Source: a virus
Taxonomy: Duplodnaviria; Caudoviricetes
DNA: 64,000 nt
Virus record (IMG/VR): IMGVR_UViG_2861229971_000004
Direction: 5' to 3' (one strand)
Numbering within the stretch: the stretch's first letter is position 1; each line of letters begins with the position of its first letter. The notes under the pieces are model-generated. The model was not told the origin of the DNA. It saw only the letters and a list, made by a program, of their open reading frames with translations, and searched no databases. Of the stretch, positions 27,827-36,801 are shown piece after piece. Both the position numbers and the translations under genes were made by a program.

Positions 27827-28483
27827 TCAGGCCCTCCGGATCAGGGTGGAGAAGAAGGCGGCCAGCCGGGCGAGCCAGCCGGTCGGCGCGGTGGGTGAAG
27901 GAGCGAGGACCGGAGGCGTCGGCGACGGCCCGCGAGCCAAGGCCAGAGCCTCATCCTCGGTCAGGCGTCGGATCGGCCGCGAGAAATCCACGCGGCCTGC
28001 ACGATCCACGGACCAGACCGGGATGGTTCCGCCGGGATAGCGGCCATGGCGGAACAGGTCGCGCTCGGCCTCCCGGCGGGGGATGATCGAGGCCGGTCGC
28101 CGCCAGTTCAGAAACGCGTTGGCGGCTGCAACGCGATTTCCGGCATTGAGATGTCGGGTCAGCGCGGCCTTGGCGATGCCGCCGGTGTTGTAGTGGAAGC
28201 TGACCAGCGCATCGAACTCGTGCGGCGCCAGCGGCACCTTCACGGCGCGCAGGACGGCGGCCTCGTAGCGCGCAAGATCGGCGCGGAAGACCCGGAACGC
28301 CTCGCGGATCCCGGCGTCTAGATCAGCGGGCATGCCGCGCGGCATGCTGGCCGGATCGGGCGGCCCGGCCGCGGCCGTGTGGCCGATGCCAAAGGTCCAG
28401 ACCTGTTTCACATCGAGATAGGGTCCGGGCACGAGTCCTTCGTGCCGGACGAGGGCCAGCAGGCCCCGGTCGGTCATGTGCAT
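27827..28483 (-). CDS. Endolysin, lysozyme (GH24-like)
   Basis: LVRHEG..PGPYLD....WTFGIGHT (E-x8-D-x5-T triad), EFDALVSFHYNTGG, RREAERDLF. Confidence 0.9.
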   Translation of the reverse strand: MHMTDRGLLALVRHEGLVPGPYLDVKQVWTFGIGHTAAAGPPDPASMPRGMPADLDAGIREAFRVFRADLARYEAAVLRAVKVPLAPHEFDALVSFHYNTGGIAKAALTRHLNAGNRVAAANAFLNWRRPASIIPRREAERDLFRHGRYPGGTIPVWSVDRAGRVDFSRPIRRLTEDEALALARGPSPTPPVLAPSPTAPTGWLARLAAFFSTLIRRA

Positions 28484-28487
28484 GGGA

Positions 28488-28619
28488 TTACCGGAGAAGC
28501 GAGAGGATCAGGATCAGTGCCGCGACGACGAGACCGATACGCAGGCGGTGAGCGAAGGCCTGCCGAGGGTGGGCGGGGTCGCAGCGGAGAGAGCGCGCGA
28601 GGCGGAGAAGGTCATTCAT
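28488..28619 (-). CDS. 43-aa peptide with a C-terminal TM (below the ORF-track cutoff)
   Basis: MNDLLRLARSLRCDPAHPRQAFAHRLRIGLVVAALILILSLLR; fills the gap between two genes with an overlapping start. Confidence 0.5.
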   Translation of the reverse strand: MNDLLRLARSLRCDPAHPRQAFAHRLRIGLVVAALILILSLLR

Positions 28620-28962
28620 CGCCGCCGCCTTCGTTGGCACGGCGCAGGCGCGCGAGCAGCATCTCGATGAAGGCCGGTCCGAAGACCCCTACGAGATAGG
28701 CGGCAGACCCCGCCGCCCCGCCCGCCGGGATCGCTTCGGGCGGAAGGCCGAGCCAGGCGGTGATCACGGCCATGGAAAGGCTGCCCATCCCGGCCGCGAT
28801 CAGACCGCCGAGCAGGATGTGCCGGAGCGCATCGCGCAGCCGCATCTTCGTGGTCAGCGCGTTCGTCGCGCCGCCAAGCGCCCCCCAGGCGGCCAGGATC
28901 ACGGCGGTCGAGGCCGCGAGCTCGCGCAGCACGGCCGCAATGAAGCTGCCGGTGTCGTTCAT
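28612..28962 (-). CDS. Multi-TM membrane protein, candidate holin/antiholin
   Basis: Three hydrophobic segments; first gene of the lysis cassette; ATGA overlap with DUF2460. Confidence 0.65.
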   Translation of the reverse strand: MNDTGSFIAAVLRELAASTAVILAAWGALGGATNALTTKMRLRDALRHILLGGLIAAGMGSLSMAVITAWLGLPPEAIPAGGAAGSAAYLVGVFGPAFIEMLLARLRRANEGGGDE

Positions 28963-29585
28963 CGCCGGATCTCCAGAAGCGGAATGGAGGTGATCGAGCC
29001 GAGCCGCTCGAGGTCGAGCGTCACGTCGAGCACGTCGGTGTCGAAGCGGACCGGCACGTCGAACTCGAAGCCCGCGGTGATCGCGGCGCCAGCGCCCGGC
29101 GCGGCGCCGAAGGTGAAGACGCCGGTCGTGGTGTCGACCGACCAGCCGGAGGGCTGCTCCACCCCGGCTAGCGCGATGCGCACGCTGCCCGTCACCGGCT
29201 TGGCGATGGCGCGCGACCAGGATTGCGCGCCGGAGGCGTAGCGCTTCACCAGCTGGAAGGCGGTCGTCGTGCCGTCGCCGGTGCCGATGGCCTGATCGGT
29301 TGGCGCTGGCGTGCCCGAAGGCAGGCAGGACTTGTGGTCGCCCCAGTCCTTGAACCGGAAGCCATGCAGCCGACCGTTCCGCGCCTCGAAGAACGCGACC
29401 ACCGCCGCCAGATCGTCGGCGCGCCGGATGCCGTAGGCCACATCATAGCGGCGGCGCGAGTTGGCCCAGCTGGCGTTCCTCTCCTCGTCGCCCGAGGCGA
29501 GTTCGACGATCTGGGTGCGCCGCTCCGGTCCGCCACGCGCGCCGCGGCTGATGTTGTCGGGAAACCGGACCTCGTGGAACGCCAT
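28959..29585 (-). CDS. DUF2460 (TIGR02217-type) distal tail protein
   Basis: MAFHEVRFP..ISRGARGGPERRTQIVELASG.EERN, FRFKDWGD, FEFDVPVRFDTD. Confidence 0.9.
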   Translation of the reverse strand: MAFHEVRFPDNISRGARGGPERRTQIVELASGDEERNASWANSRRRYDVAYGIRRADDLAAVVAFFEARNGRLHGFRFKDWGDHKSCLPSGTPAPTDQAIGTGDGTTTAFQLVKRYASGAQSWSRAIAKPVTGSVRIALAGVEQPSGWSVDTTTGVFTFGAAPGAGAAITAGFEFDVPVRFDTDVLDVTLDLERLGSITSIPLLEIRR

Positions 29586-32002
29586 CACATGCCCCTCCGC
29601 CCGAGCGAGACCGCACGGGCGATGTCGGCCGCAACCTGCGTCCGCGATTGACGGAAGCTCTCGGCATCGCGGGTCATGATGGTGACGTTGACCCCGCCGC
29701 CCGCGCCGTAGCTCTGCGCCTCTCGCCGCGACAGCACCCGCTCGCCGCGCTGCAGGATCGCGGGCACCTCGTCGTGGCGAAGCCCGGCCATGCCGCCACC
29801 ATGCATCCGAGGCGCTGCGGCGAATGCCATGGCAGGCACCATCCGCGAGGGTCCGGCCGATCCGACCATCCCGCCCGCATGCAGGACGTTGGCAAAGATA
29901 TCGCCCGCCCCAGAAAACACGCCCGAGAGCGCATTGGCGATCGGCCCGAGGATGAACCGCCGCGCCGCCAGCTGGGCGAGATCGGCGAGCAGCGAGGTGA
30001 CGAGATCGCGGAAGTTCAGCTTGCCGGTCTTCACGAACTGGCCCACCGCGTTCTCGGCCGACTGGAAGGCGCCGACGAGGCTCTGGCCGATGTCGCCACC
30101 GATCTCGCGCGCCTTGCTGGCGTAGTCCGACAGCGCCGCCGTGACCGCCTGCCAGCCGGTAACGGCAGTCTCAATCTCGGGCTCCGCCGCAGCCGCAGCA
30201 GCCCCGGCCGCCGCGCCTGCACCCGTCGCGGCCCGTTCCGCATCGCCGAGTGCCGTCTCGAGTTGCTCGGCCGCGCTGGTGGCCTCGGTCAGCGCGTCCG
30301 CGCTCGCCTCGTCAGTTCCACGCACCGCGTCGCGCAGCGCCTGCCAGCTTTCGAGGGGCGCACGTGCCCCTTCCGCCAGATCGCGCGCGGCCCCGCGATA
30401 GAGGTTGGCGGACTCGAGCGCGCGGTTTGCCGCCTCGGTCAGGCCGAGATCGGGCGCGGTGAGCGGGTTGTCCTCGAAGGCCCGGTCGAACGCCGCCTGC
30501 GCCGCCGTGGTGGCAGCGCTGGCCGCGCCCTCGAAGCGGTTCTCGATCTCGCCGAGGTCGAGGTCGGGCACCAGCGAGATGCGCCGCTCGGACCCGAGCG
30601 CTTCGAGCCCCTGGTTGATGCCGCCGATGAAGCCGTTGATGCGCGAGACCACGCCGTTCAGCATCGCCTCGACGCCGTCGACCAGGCTGTTGGCCGCCTG
30701 GAACGCCAGATCGCCGATGGCGGCGGGCAGCAGACCCCAGATCGCCTTGATCGCCTCGTAGGCGCCTTCGAAGGTGTTCGCCGCCGTGTTGCCGAAAGCC
30801 ACGACGCTCTCGATGGCGCTCTGCATCCCGGAGGCGGCGTCGGCCTTCAGGTCGAGGAACATCGCCGTGGTGGCCGCACCCGCCGCAGCGGCGCCCATCC
30901 TGATCCGCTCCCAGATCTCGACTACTAGGTCCTTCAGGAGCGCCATGGCCTCGCCAAAGCCACCCGCACCGGACACGAGGCGAGTGAACTGGTAGACGAG
31001 CTCGCCCGCGCCGACGATGAGCGCGCCGATGCCGGTCCGGATCAGCGCCCCGCGCAGGACGACCAGCGCCGTGGCGAGGCCACGAACCGAGAGCGCGGCA
31101 GCGGCCATGCCAGCCACCCACCGTCCCGCGAGGAAGGCTGCGAAGGTGGCGGCGTAGGTCGTCAGGCGGCCGATGTTCTCGAAGAGGCCGCGGATCGCGA
31201 TGCCGAGCGGACCGGTCCGGCTGGCGACCGCCGCCATGGCATCCGCGACCGCTTCCAGCGCAGGCGCCGCAGCCACGGCCAGCTGGTTCGACAGCCCGCG
31301 CCAGATCAGCCCGAGCCGGGAGATCGCATCGTTCGTGCGCTCGATCTGGTCGGCGTCCTGCTCCGACACGACGACGCCGAAGGCGAGGACATCCTCCGTC
31401 GCCTGGCGCAGCGTCGCCGTGTCGATCCGCGACATGGCGATGGAGCCTTCCTCGCCGAAGAGCTGGCCCGCAACGGCGGCGCGTTCGGCGGCGGGCACGA
31501 AGCTCTCGATGGCGGCGTTGATGGCCCCCACACGCTGGTCCAGCGGCAGCGCCATCAGGTCGGTGGCGGAAAGGCCCAGCCGGTCGAGCGCGTCAGCAGC
31601 CGGGCCGGTCCCGGCGGCCGCCTGGCTGAGACGGCGCGTCAGATCCTTCGTCGCCTGCTCGATGCCGGACATGGAGACGCCCGCGAGCTCGCCCGCGCGC
31701 TCCAGCGTCTGGATCGATGCGACGGTGGTGCCGAGCGACTGCGCCAGCTTCGCCTGCGCATCGACCGTCTGGAGGCCGGAGCGGATCATCGCCACGCCCG
31801 CGGCGGCTGCGGCGGCCACGGCGGCGGCGGCCGCGACCCGGACCCGGCGCGAGAAGGCCGCGAGCCGGGCGTTCGCCGCCTCCATCTCCCGGCTCAGCCG
31901 TCCGAAGCCGCGCGACCCGGCCTCGCCCACGCCTTCGAGTTCGGCGCGCACCTGCCGTCCGCCCACGGCCGCGAGGCGGACGCTGACCCTCTTCTCAGCC
32001 AT
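29585..32002 (-). CDS. Tail tape measure protein (805 aa)
   Basis: MAEKRVSVRLAA..., long Ala-rich helical body, C-terminal HAGG...PRMHGGG...DEVPAILQRGERVL; follows the chaperone genes. Confidence 0.9.
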   Translation of the reverse strand: MAEKRVSVRLAAVGGRQVRAELEGVGEAGSRGFGRLSREMEAANARLAAFSRRVRVAAAAAVAAAAAAGVAMIRSGLQTVDAQAKLAQSLGTTVASIQTLERAGELAGVSMSGIEQATKDLTRRLSQAAAGTGPAADALDRLGLSATDLMALPLDQRVGAINAAIESFVPAAERAAVAGQLFGEEGSIAMSRIDTATLRQATEDVLAFGVVVSEQDADQIERTNDAISRLGLIWRGLSNQLAVAAAPALEAVADAMAAVASRTGPLGIAIRGLFENIGRLTTYAATFAAFLAGRWVAGMAAAALSVRGLATALVVLRGALIRTGIGALIVGAGELVYQFTRLVSGAGGFGEAMALLKDLVVEIWERIRMGAAAAGAATTAMFLDLKADAASGMQSAIESVVAFGNTAANTFEGAYEAIKAIWGLLPAAIGDLAFQAANSLVDGVEAMLNGVVSRINGFIGGINQGLEALGSERRISLVPDLDLGEIENRFEGAASAATTAAQAAFDRAFEDNPLTAPDLGLTEAANRALESANLYRGAARDLAEGARAPLESWQALRDAVRGTDEASADALTEATSAAEQLETALGDAERAATGAGAAAGAAAAAAEPEIETAVTGWQAVTAALSDYASKAREIGGDIGQSLVGAFQSAENAVGQFVKTGKLNFRDLVTSLLADLAQLAARRFILGPIANALSGVFSGAGDIFANVLHAGGMVGSAGPSRMVPAMAFAAAPRMHGGGMAGLRHDEVPAILQRGERVLSRREAQSYGAGGGVNVTIMTRDAESFRQSRTQVAADIARAVSLGRRGM

Positions 32003-32323
32003 GGGAATGATCCATCTGTTCGTTGAGTTTGGCGACCATCACCGCTTCGATGACGGGCAGCAGTTCGGCCATGGCGAGCGGCGGCACGCCGAGGGCGTCC
32101 CCGAGCGCCAGCGCCGCCGACATGTCCCAGCCGATCACCGCGCCAGGCAGGACGCGCAGCTGGCCACCCAGACGGCCGACGAGGTCCCAGACCTGCCAAC
32201 CCTCCGGAGTTTCCGGGCGGTTCAGCCGCGCCGGGCAGTCCGGGCAGGCTTGCGCGCAGGCTTCGCAGTAGCGCTCGCCCCCGCCGAAGGACCATTCGGC
32301 GAGAGCGCGGAGGCGTTTTTTTC
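31995..32323 (-). CDS. -1 frame extension of the tail assembly chaperone (GT-type product)
   Basis: After the slippery site the -1 frame reads KRLRALAEWSFGGGERYCEACAQACPDCP...WQVWDLV...GWDMSAALALG...EQMDHSHG, stopping at 31995, overlapping the tape measure start. Confidence 0.7.
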
Positions 32324-32659
32324 CTGTTCCAGCAGCAGGCCCTTCGAGACGTAGGTCAGCTGGAAGGCCTCGAAGATCGGCCAGACGTCGAGCAGAGCAT
32401 CGATGGCTTCCGGGCTGGGATCGATCGGGTTGCCGTCGGCATCGCCGATGCCCGCCCAGCCGAGCACAGCCCGTCGCGCCAGCGCCTTGGCGAAGGCAAC
32501 CGCGCGCTCCTCGTCGGAAGCCTCCTCGGGCACCGCCTCGACGGCGGGGTCGCTGCGTGTCGCCACCATCAGCGCTGTGGTCAGCGGTCGCAATTGCACC
32601 CGCACGCCCGGGGCGAGGTCATGCCAGCGCGGCGCGTTGGTCAGGTCTAGCGTCAGCAT
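32222..32659 (-). CDS. Tail assembly chaperone (G-like)
   Basis: MLTLDLTNAPRWHDLAPGVRVQLRPL...; lies between tail tube and tape measure; contains a slippery heptamer. Confidence 0.8.
   Translation of the reverse strand: MLTLDLTNAPRWHDLAPGVRVQLRPLTTALMVATRSDPAVEAVPEEASDEERAVAFAKALARRAVLGWAGIGDADGNPIDPSPEAIDALLDVWPIFEAFQLTYVSKGLLLEQEKNASALSPNGPSAGASATAKPARKPARTARRG
32315..32321 (-). other. Programmed -1 frameshift slippery heptamer A-AAA-AAC
   Basis: Coding strand GAA AAA AAC, in frame with the ATG at 32659; X-XXY-YYZ form. Confidence 0.75.
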
Positions 32660-33600
32660 CAATACGTCTCCACATCGTTCACGAGGGTTGCGGTGCACAT
32701 CCGGCCGACGACGCTGTCGCGCGCGGCCTGCCAGTCGAAGGTGGCCTGCACGCCCTGCGGCCCGGAAATCTCGATGCGCGGACGCGGCAGGTAGACGGCG
32801 TGCACGGTGAAGGTGAAGCTCTCGCCGGACGGCAGGACGTAGGCGAATTCCATCTCGCAGGCCTCGCCGTTGATGGCCTGCGTCACCAGCGTCTGGTCGG
32901 CGAAGCGCACCTCTATCCGGCCGGTCAGCGCGGCGATGGACGGGTCCGCGCCGTCGATGCGACCATCGTTCCGGATGGTCTCGATCCGGTCGAGGTTGTT
33001 GGCGTACGTGATCTCGGCCGAGACCACATTCCCCAAGGCGGTCCCATTGCGGGTAATCGCCCCGTTGAAATGCCCGAAGCGCTTAAGCTCCAGCGCAGCG
33101 GGTGTTCCGGCGCTGGTGGTCGTGCCCACCGTCTCGCCCTGCGCCACCAGCCGGGCCGTCGCGGTCAGGAGGCCGGAGCGCTGCATCTGCCAGGTGATCT
33201 GGTCGAGCACGCATCCGGAATACATCGCGTACCGCGGCACCTCGGGCATGCCGGTCTCGATCGACATGCTGGGCAGTGTCCAGGACCCCGACTGGAACTC
33301 GTGGCTGTACGGGGCCTCGACGCCCGTAGTCGTGGGCGCGCCGAAGGCCGCCTTGAGCCAGAAGCCCAAGGCCTCCGCGTCGAGCGGCACGACGACGTCG
33401 CCATCGGCCGTCACCGCGTCCTTGATCGGCGCCAGCGGATCGCGGCCGTAGCCGAGCAGTTCCGAGTTCAGCAGCGGCTGCTCCGCGCCGAGCGAGGTGC
33501 TGGCGAAGGGCATGCGGGTGAAGCCGCTGGCGGGCGGCGTTCCATAGGTGGTCTCGAACGCAAGCGCCATCAGCGCCCGCGCCCCCTGGGCTCGTGCCAT
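32659..33600 (-). CDS. Tail tube (major tail) protein
   Basis: MARAQGARALMALAFETTYGT.P..GF..MPF..., NNLDRIETIR.DG; position in the tail module. Confidence 0.85.
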   Translation of the reverse strand: MARAQGARALMALAFETTYGTPPASGFTRMPFASTSLGAEQPLLNSELLGYGRDPLAPIKDAVTADGDVVVPLDAEALGFWLKAAFGAPTTTGVEAPYSHEFQSGSWTLPSMSIETGMPEVPRYAMYSGCVLDQITWQMQRSGLLTATARLVAQGETVGTTTSAGTPAALELKRFGHFNGAITRNGTALGNVVSAEITYANNLDRIETIRNDGRIDGADPSIAALTGRIEVRFADQTLVTQAINGEACEMEFAYVLPSGESFTFTVHAVYLPRPRIEISGPQGVQATFDWQAARDSVVGRMCTATLVNDVETY

Positions 33601-33624
33601 GTTCGTCTCCTATGATCGGTTGGG

Positions 33625-34041
33625 TCAGGCCAGCTGGTCGGCCGTGGAATAATGCAGCACCACCGGGATGACGGCAGCCTTCAGGCTGGCCGCGCCCTCG
33701 ACCGGCAGATCGACCGGGCGCGGCGCTTCCGCCTCGACCCAGTCGCAGAGGCCGCCGAGTGTGCGGTCGATCGAGAGCGCAGCCCCGATGCTGGCGATCA
33801 GCGTGTCGAAGTCAGCGTCACGGTCGGTGCCCTGCACGACCGCCTCGATCTCGGCGCGGTGCTGGTAGTGGTAGGCCAGCGGCGACAGCGTGACCTCGGG
33901 CTCCCCCGGCTCGCCATCGCGCAGGATCAGCAGGCCCTCGGCCGGGACGCGCTCGGGCAGCACCTCACCGCGCAGGGCGGTAGCGGGCAGCGCCGAGAGC
34001 CGCGCGTGCAGCGCGGCGAGGATGGTTTCGCGAGAGGTCAT
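33625..34041 (-). CDS. Tail completion/terminator-like protein (138 aa)
   Basis: MTSRETILAALHARL...LRDGEPGEPEVTLSPL.YHYQHRAE; ATG at 34041 overlaps the merR stop; sits just before the tail tube gene. Confidence 0.7.
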   Translation of the reverse strand: MTSRETILAALHARLSALPATALRGEVLPERVPAEGLLILRDGEPGEPEVTLSPLAYHYQHRAEIEAVVQGTDRDADFDTLIASIGAALSIDRTLGGLCDWVEAEAPRPVDLPVEGAASLKAAVIPVVLHYSTADQLA

Positions 34042-34463
34042 GGATTGGCGGACCTGGAAATTGCGTCGAGCACCGGACAGTCCGGAACCTCGGCGCCCGA
34101 ACACTTGGATGCGGTCTCGGTGAGGACGATTTCGATGCGCCTGAGATCCGCGATCCTCGCGCGGACATCGGCAAGGTGGCGCTCGGTCCGCTCCTTGACC
34201 TCTGCGCAAGTTGGCGCGGCACCGTCTTCGAGCCCCATGAATCCGCGGATGTCCTCCATTGAGAACCCGAGTTCGCGCGCGCGCAGGATGAAGCGCAGGC
34301 GCCTGGCGTGCACAGAGGAGTAGATGCGGTAGCCTGCGCCCGTCCTGGGCGGGTCGGGCAGCAGGCCAGTCTTCTCGTAATAGCGGATCGTCTCGATGTT
34401 GCAGCCGGTCGTCCGGGCCAGGTCTCCGCGTGTGAGGCCGCTCTCGCTCTCGTGATCGGTCAT
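34038..34463 (-). CDS. merR: Hg(II)-responsive MerR regulator
   Basis: CNIETIRYYEK.GLLP.P.R...GYR.Y HTH; three Cys in PTCAEV, KCS and PDCPVL; divergent from merA with an operator between them. Confidence 0.9.
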   Translation of the reverse strand: MTDHESESGLTRGDLARTTGCNIETIRYYEKTGLLPDPPRTGAGYRIYSSVHARRLRFILRARELGFSMEDIRGFMGLEDGAAPTCAEVKERTERHLADVRARIADLRRIEIVLTETASKCSGAEVPDCPVLDAISRSANP

Positions 34464-34477
34464 CGGTCAGTTTCCCC

Positions 34478-34508
34478 TTGAGCCTGTAGTCGCTACAGAC
34501 CCTACACC
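34478..34508 (+). promoter_or_regulatory. MerR-type promoter/operator
   Basis: -35 TTGAGC (34478-83), a 19-bp spacer holding the dyad CTGTAG-tcg-CTACAG, and -10 TACACC (34503-08). Confidence 0.8.
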
Positions 34509-34539
34509 CCTCATCAATAGCAGACGAGAGGTACGCGAC

Positions 34540-34670
34540 AGGGAGCTTGCAGACGACCGAACGGGCAGCCCGACCGCGGATCGCCCGGCCCGAAAGGGAT
34601 GGCTCGCAGCGGGTGGCTGTTGGGCGCCTTTTACAGGTCCATGCCGTCTGACGGCGGCAGCGGCGACTGA
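34540..34670 (+). pseudogene. merT: Remnant of a merT-like transporter gene
   Basis: RBS GAGAGG, then AGG where ATG is expected, then ELADDRTGSPTADRPARKGWLAAGG; a 1-nt loss shifts (V/L)LGAF out of frame; the rest of the gene is missing. Confidence 0.5.
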
Positions 34671-34694
34671 ACACTCGAACGGACGGATGACCCA

Positions 34695-36116
34695 ATGAAA
34701 GACGACTGCGCCCCGAAAGACGATTTCGACCTTGCCGTGATCGGTGCCGGCTCGGCCGGGTTCTCGGCCGCGATCACCGCCGCCGAAGGAGGCAAGCGGA
34801 TTGCCCTGATCGGTCATGGCACCATCGGCGGGACCTGCGTGAACGTGGGCTGCGTGCCGTCCAAGACGATGATCCGCGCCGCCGAGGCTGTGCACGGCGC
34901 GCAGTCGGCGCATCGGTTCCCGGGCCTCAAGGGCGAGGCGCAGGTCGCCGACTGGGCGGCGCTGGTCGCGGCCAAGGACGATCTCGTCTCGACGCTGCGC
35001 CAGAAGAAATATGTCGACCTGCTGCCGGGCTACGATGGCGTGACTTATCTCGACGAGGGTCCGGCACGTCTGGTCGAAGGCGGCGTCGAAATCGGCGGGC
35101 GCAAGATCACAGCCCCCAAGGTCATCGTCGCCACCGGCGGGCGGCCCGCCGTTCCCGACATCCCCGGTACCCCGGACGTCCCTACGCTCGACAGCACGTC
35201 GCTCCTGGAGCTGGAGCGGCTGCCCGAGAGCCTGATCTTCCTCGGCGGCGGCTACATAGGCGTGGAACTCGCGCAAATGATGGCGCGGATGGGCACCTGC
35301 GTCACCATCGTCTGCCGCTCGCGCCTTTTGCCGCGCATCGAGCCGGAGGTGTCCGAAGCGCTCGCCAAGGTCTTGCGTGCCGAAGGTCTCACGATCCTCG
35401 ACGGCGTGACCTATGACGCCGCGCGGCGCGACGGCGACCGCGCCGTTCTGACGGTAACGGTTGACGGCACCGTACGCGATCTGACCGCGGACCACCTTGT
35501 CCTGACCACCGGACGCGCGCCCAACACCGAAGGACTGGGTCTGGCCGAAATGGGCATCGAGACCGATCGACGCGGCGCGATCAAGGTTGGCGACGACATG
35601 GCCACGACACGCCCCGGCATCTATGCGGCGGGCGATGTGACGGACCGGGACCAGTTCGTCTACATGGCCGCGTATGGCGCCAAGCTCGCGGCCCGCAACG
35701 CGGTTTTAGGTGGGTCCGAGCGCTACGACAACGCCGCGATGCCGTGGGTGGTATTCACCGACCCACAGGTCGCCGGCGTCGGGCTGACCGAACAACAGGC
35801 GCGCACGGCGGGCCATGACGTCAAGACCAGCCTGCTGGCCCTCGAGAACGTGCCCCGCGCGCTCGCCGCTCGCGACACGCGAGGGCTCATCAAGCTGGTC
35901 GCGGACGCCAGGACCGACCGCCTTCTGGGCGGCGTGATCATGGCGCCGGAGGGCGCCGACAGCGTGCAGACCCTTGCCATGGCACTGAAGGCCAGCATGA
36001 CCACCAAGGCGCTCGGCGAGACGATCTTCCCCTATCTCACCACGGTCGAGGGCCTGAAACTCGCTGCGCAGACCTTCGACAAGGATGTCGCGAAGCTGTC
36101 GTGCTGCGCCGGGTGA
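34695..36116 (+). CDS. merA: Mercuric reductase without an N-terminal NmerA domain
   Basis: GAGSAG FAD motif, GGTCVNVGCVPSK redox pair, C-terminal LSCCAG. Confidence 0.95.
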   Translation: MKDDCAPKDDFDLAVIGAGSAGFSAAITAAEGGKRIALIGHGTIGGTCVNVGCVPSKTMIRAAEAVHGAQSAHRFPGLKGEAQVADWAALVAAKDDLVSTLRQKKYVDLLPGYDGVTYLDEGPARLVEGGVEIGGRKITAPKVIVATGGRPAVPDIPGTPDVPTLDSTSLLELERLPESLIFLGGGYIGVELAQMMARMGTCVTIVCRSRLLPRIEPEVSEALAKVLRAEGLTILDGVTYDAARRDGDRAVLTVTVDGTVRDLTADHLVLTTGRAPNTEGLGLAEMGIETDRRGAIKVGDDMATTRPGIYAAGDVTDRDQFVYMAAYGAKLAARNAVLGGSERYDNAAMPWVVFTDPQVAGVGLTEQQARTAGHDVKTSLLALENVPRALAARDTRGLIKLVADARTDRLLGGVIMAPEGADSVQTLAMALKASMTTKALGETIFPYLTTVEGLKLAAQTFDKDVAKLSCCAG

Positions 36117-36165
36117 TCGATCCGGCGGATTCGCACCGGCTGCGGCGTTTGGCGATCCAACGTAA

Positions 36166-36801
36166 TCACAGCCGCACCTCCACCCAGTTCGCCACGATCA
36201 GCCCCGGCACGGTCTCATGTGCACGCTCCGCGTCCCGCGCCAGATCCAGCCGCTTCGGCAGCTTGACCTGGGGCACCAGCAGGAAGATAGGCGCCGTAAC
36301 CTTTCGCCGCCCTGTCTTCGAGCGCGACGCCACAGCCTGGCCCTTCGTGTTCAGCCGGCCTTCCGCCACCAGCAGGCTCGGACCCGTGCGCCGATAGACG
36401 AAGCGCAGGCGCAACCCGCGCCGTCGTTCCCATTCGCCGGGGGTGATACTTCCGCCGCGGAGGGACTTGCCTGCCGCAGGCAGCGGGATCGCCAGCCAGA
36501 AGCCATTCTTCGAGCGGATCAGCGGCCCTGTGTCATGGGCGCCGACGATCACCGGGGCCTTGGACCAGACCAGCGCCGCCGCATCCAGGCTTTCGCCCGA
36601 CCTCGGGAAGTTGGCGAGCCGGATCGAGTTGGCCAGCCGTGTGCCGAGCCCCGCGCCGGTGATCTGCAGCCGCCATGCGGACTTCAGCCCGGTTCCGGCC
36701 TCGCGCATGGCGGCGGTCACCGCGCGTTCGCCCGCCGCGACCTCGGCGGCCATCATCGCGACGATGTCGGGATCAATGTCGAGCTTCAGCTTCATGGCCA
36801 T
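36166..36801 (-). CDS. Conserved phage neck/tail-region protein (DUF6441-like)
   Basis: MKLKLDIDPDIVAMM...GAGLGTRLANSIR...WLAIP; coupled to the head-tail adaptor gene. Confidence 0.75.
   Translation of the reverse strand: MAMKLKLDIDPDIVAMMAAEVAAGERAVTAAMREAGTGLKSAWRLQITGAGLGTRLANSIRLANFPRSGESLDAAALVWSKAPVIVGAHDTGPLIRSKNGFWLAIPLPAAGKSLRGGSITPGEWERRRGLRLRFVYRRTGPSLLVAEGRLNTKGQAVASRSKTGRRKVTAPIFLLVPQVKLPKRLDLARDAERAHETVPGLIVANWVEVRL

Noticed and set aside
34042-34695. N-terminal extension of the 356-aa ORF 33625-34695 running through merR
   Set aside because: The recognisable tail protein begins at the ATG at 34041, coupled to the merR stop. The extension is an off-frame reading of merR and its promoter.
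34020-36180. Tn21/Tn501-type transposon ends or a target-site duplication around the mer genes
   Set aside because: I inspected both junctions and found no terminal inverted repeats or direct duplication.
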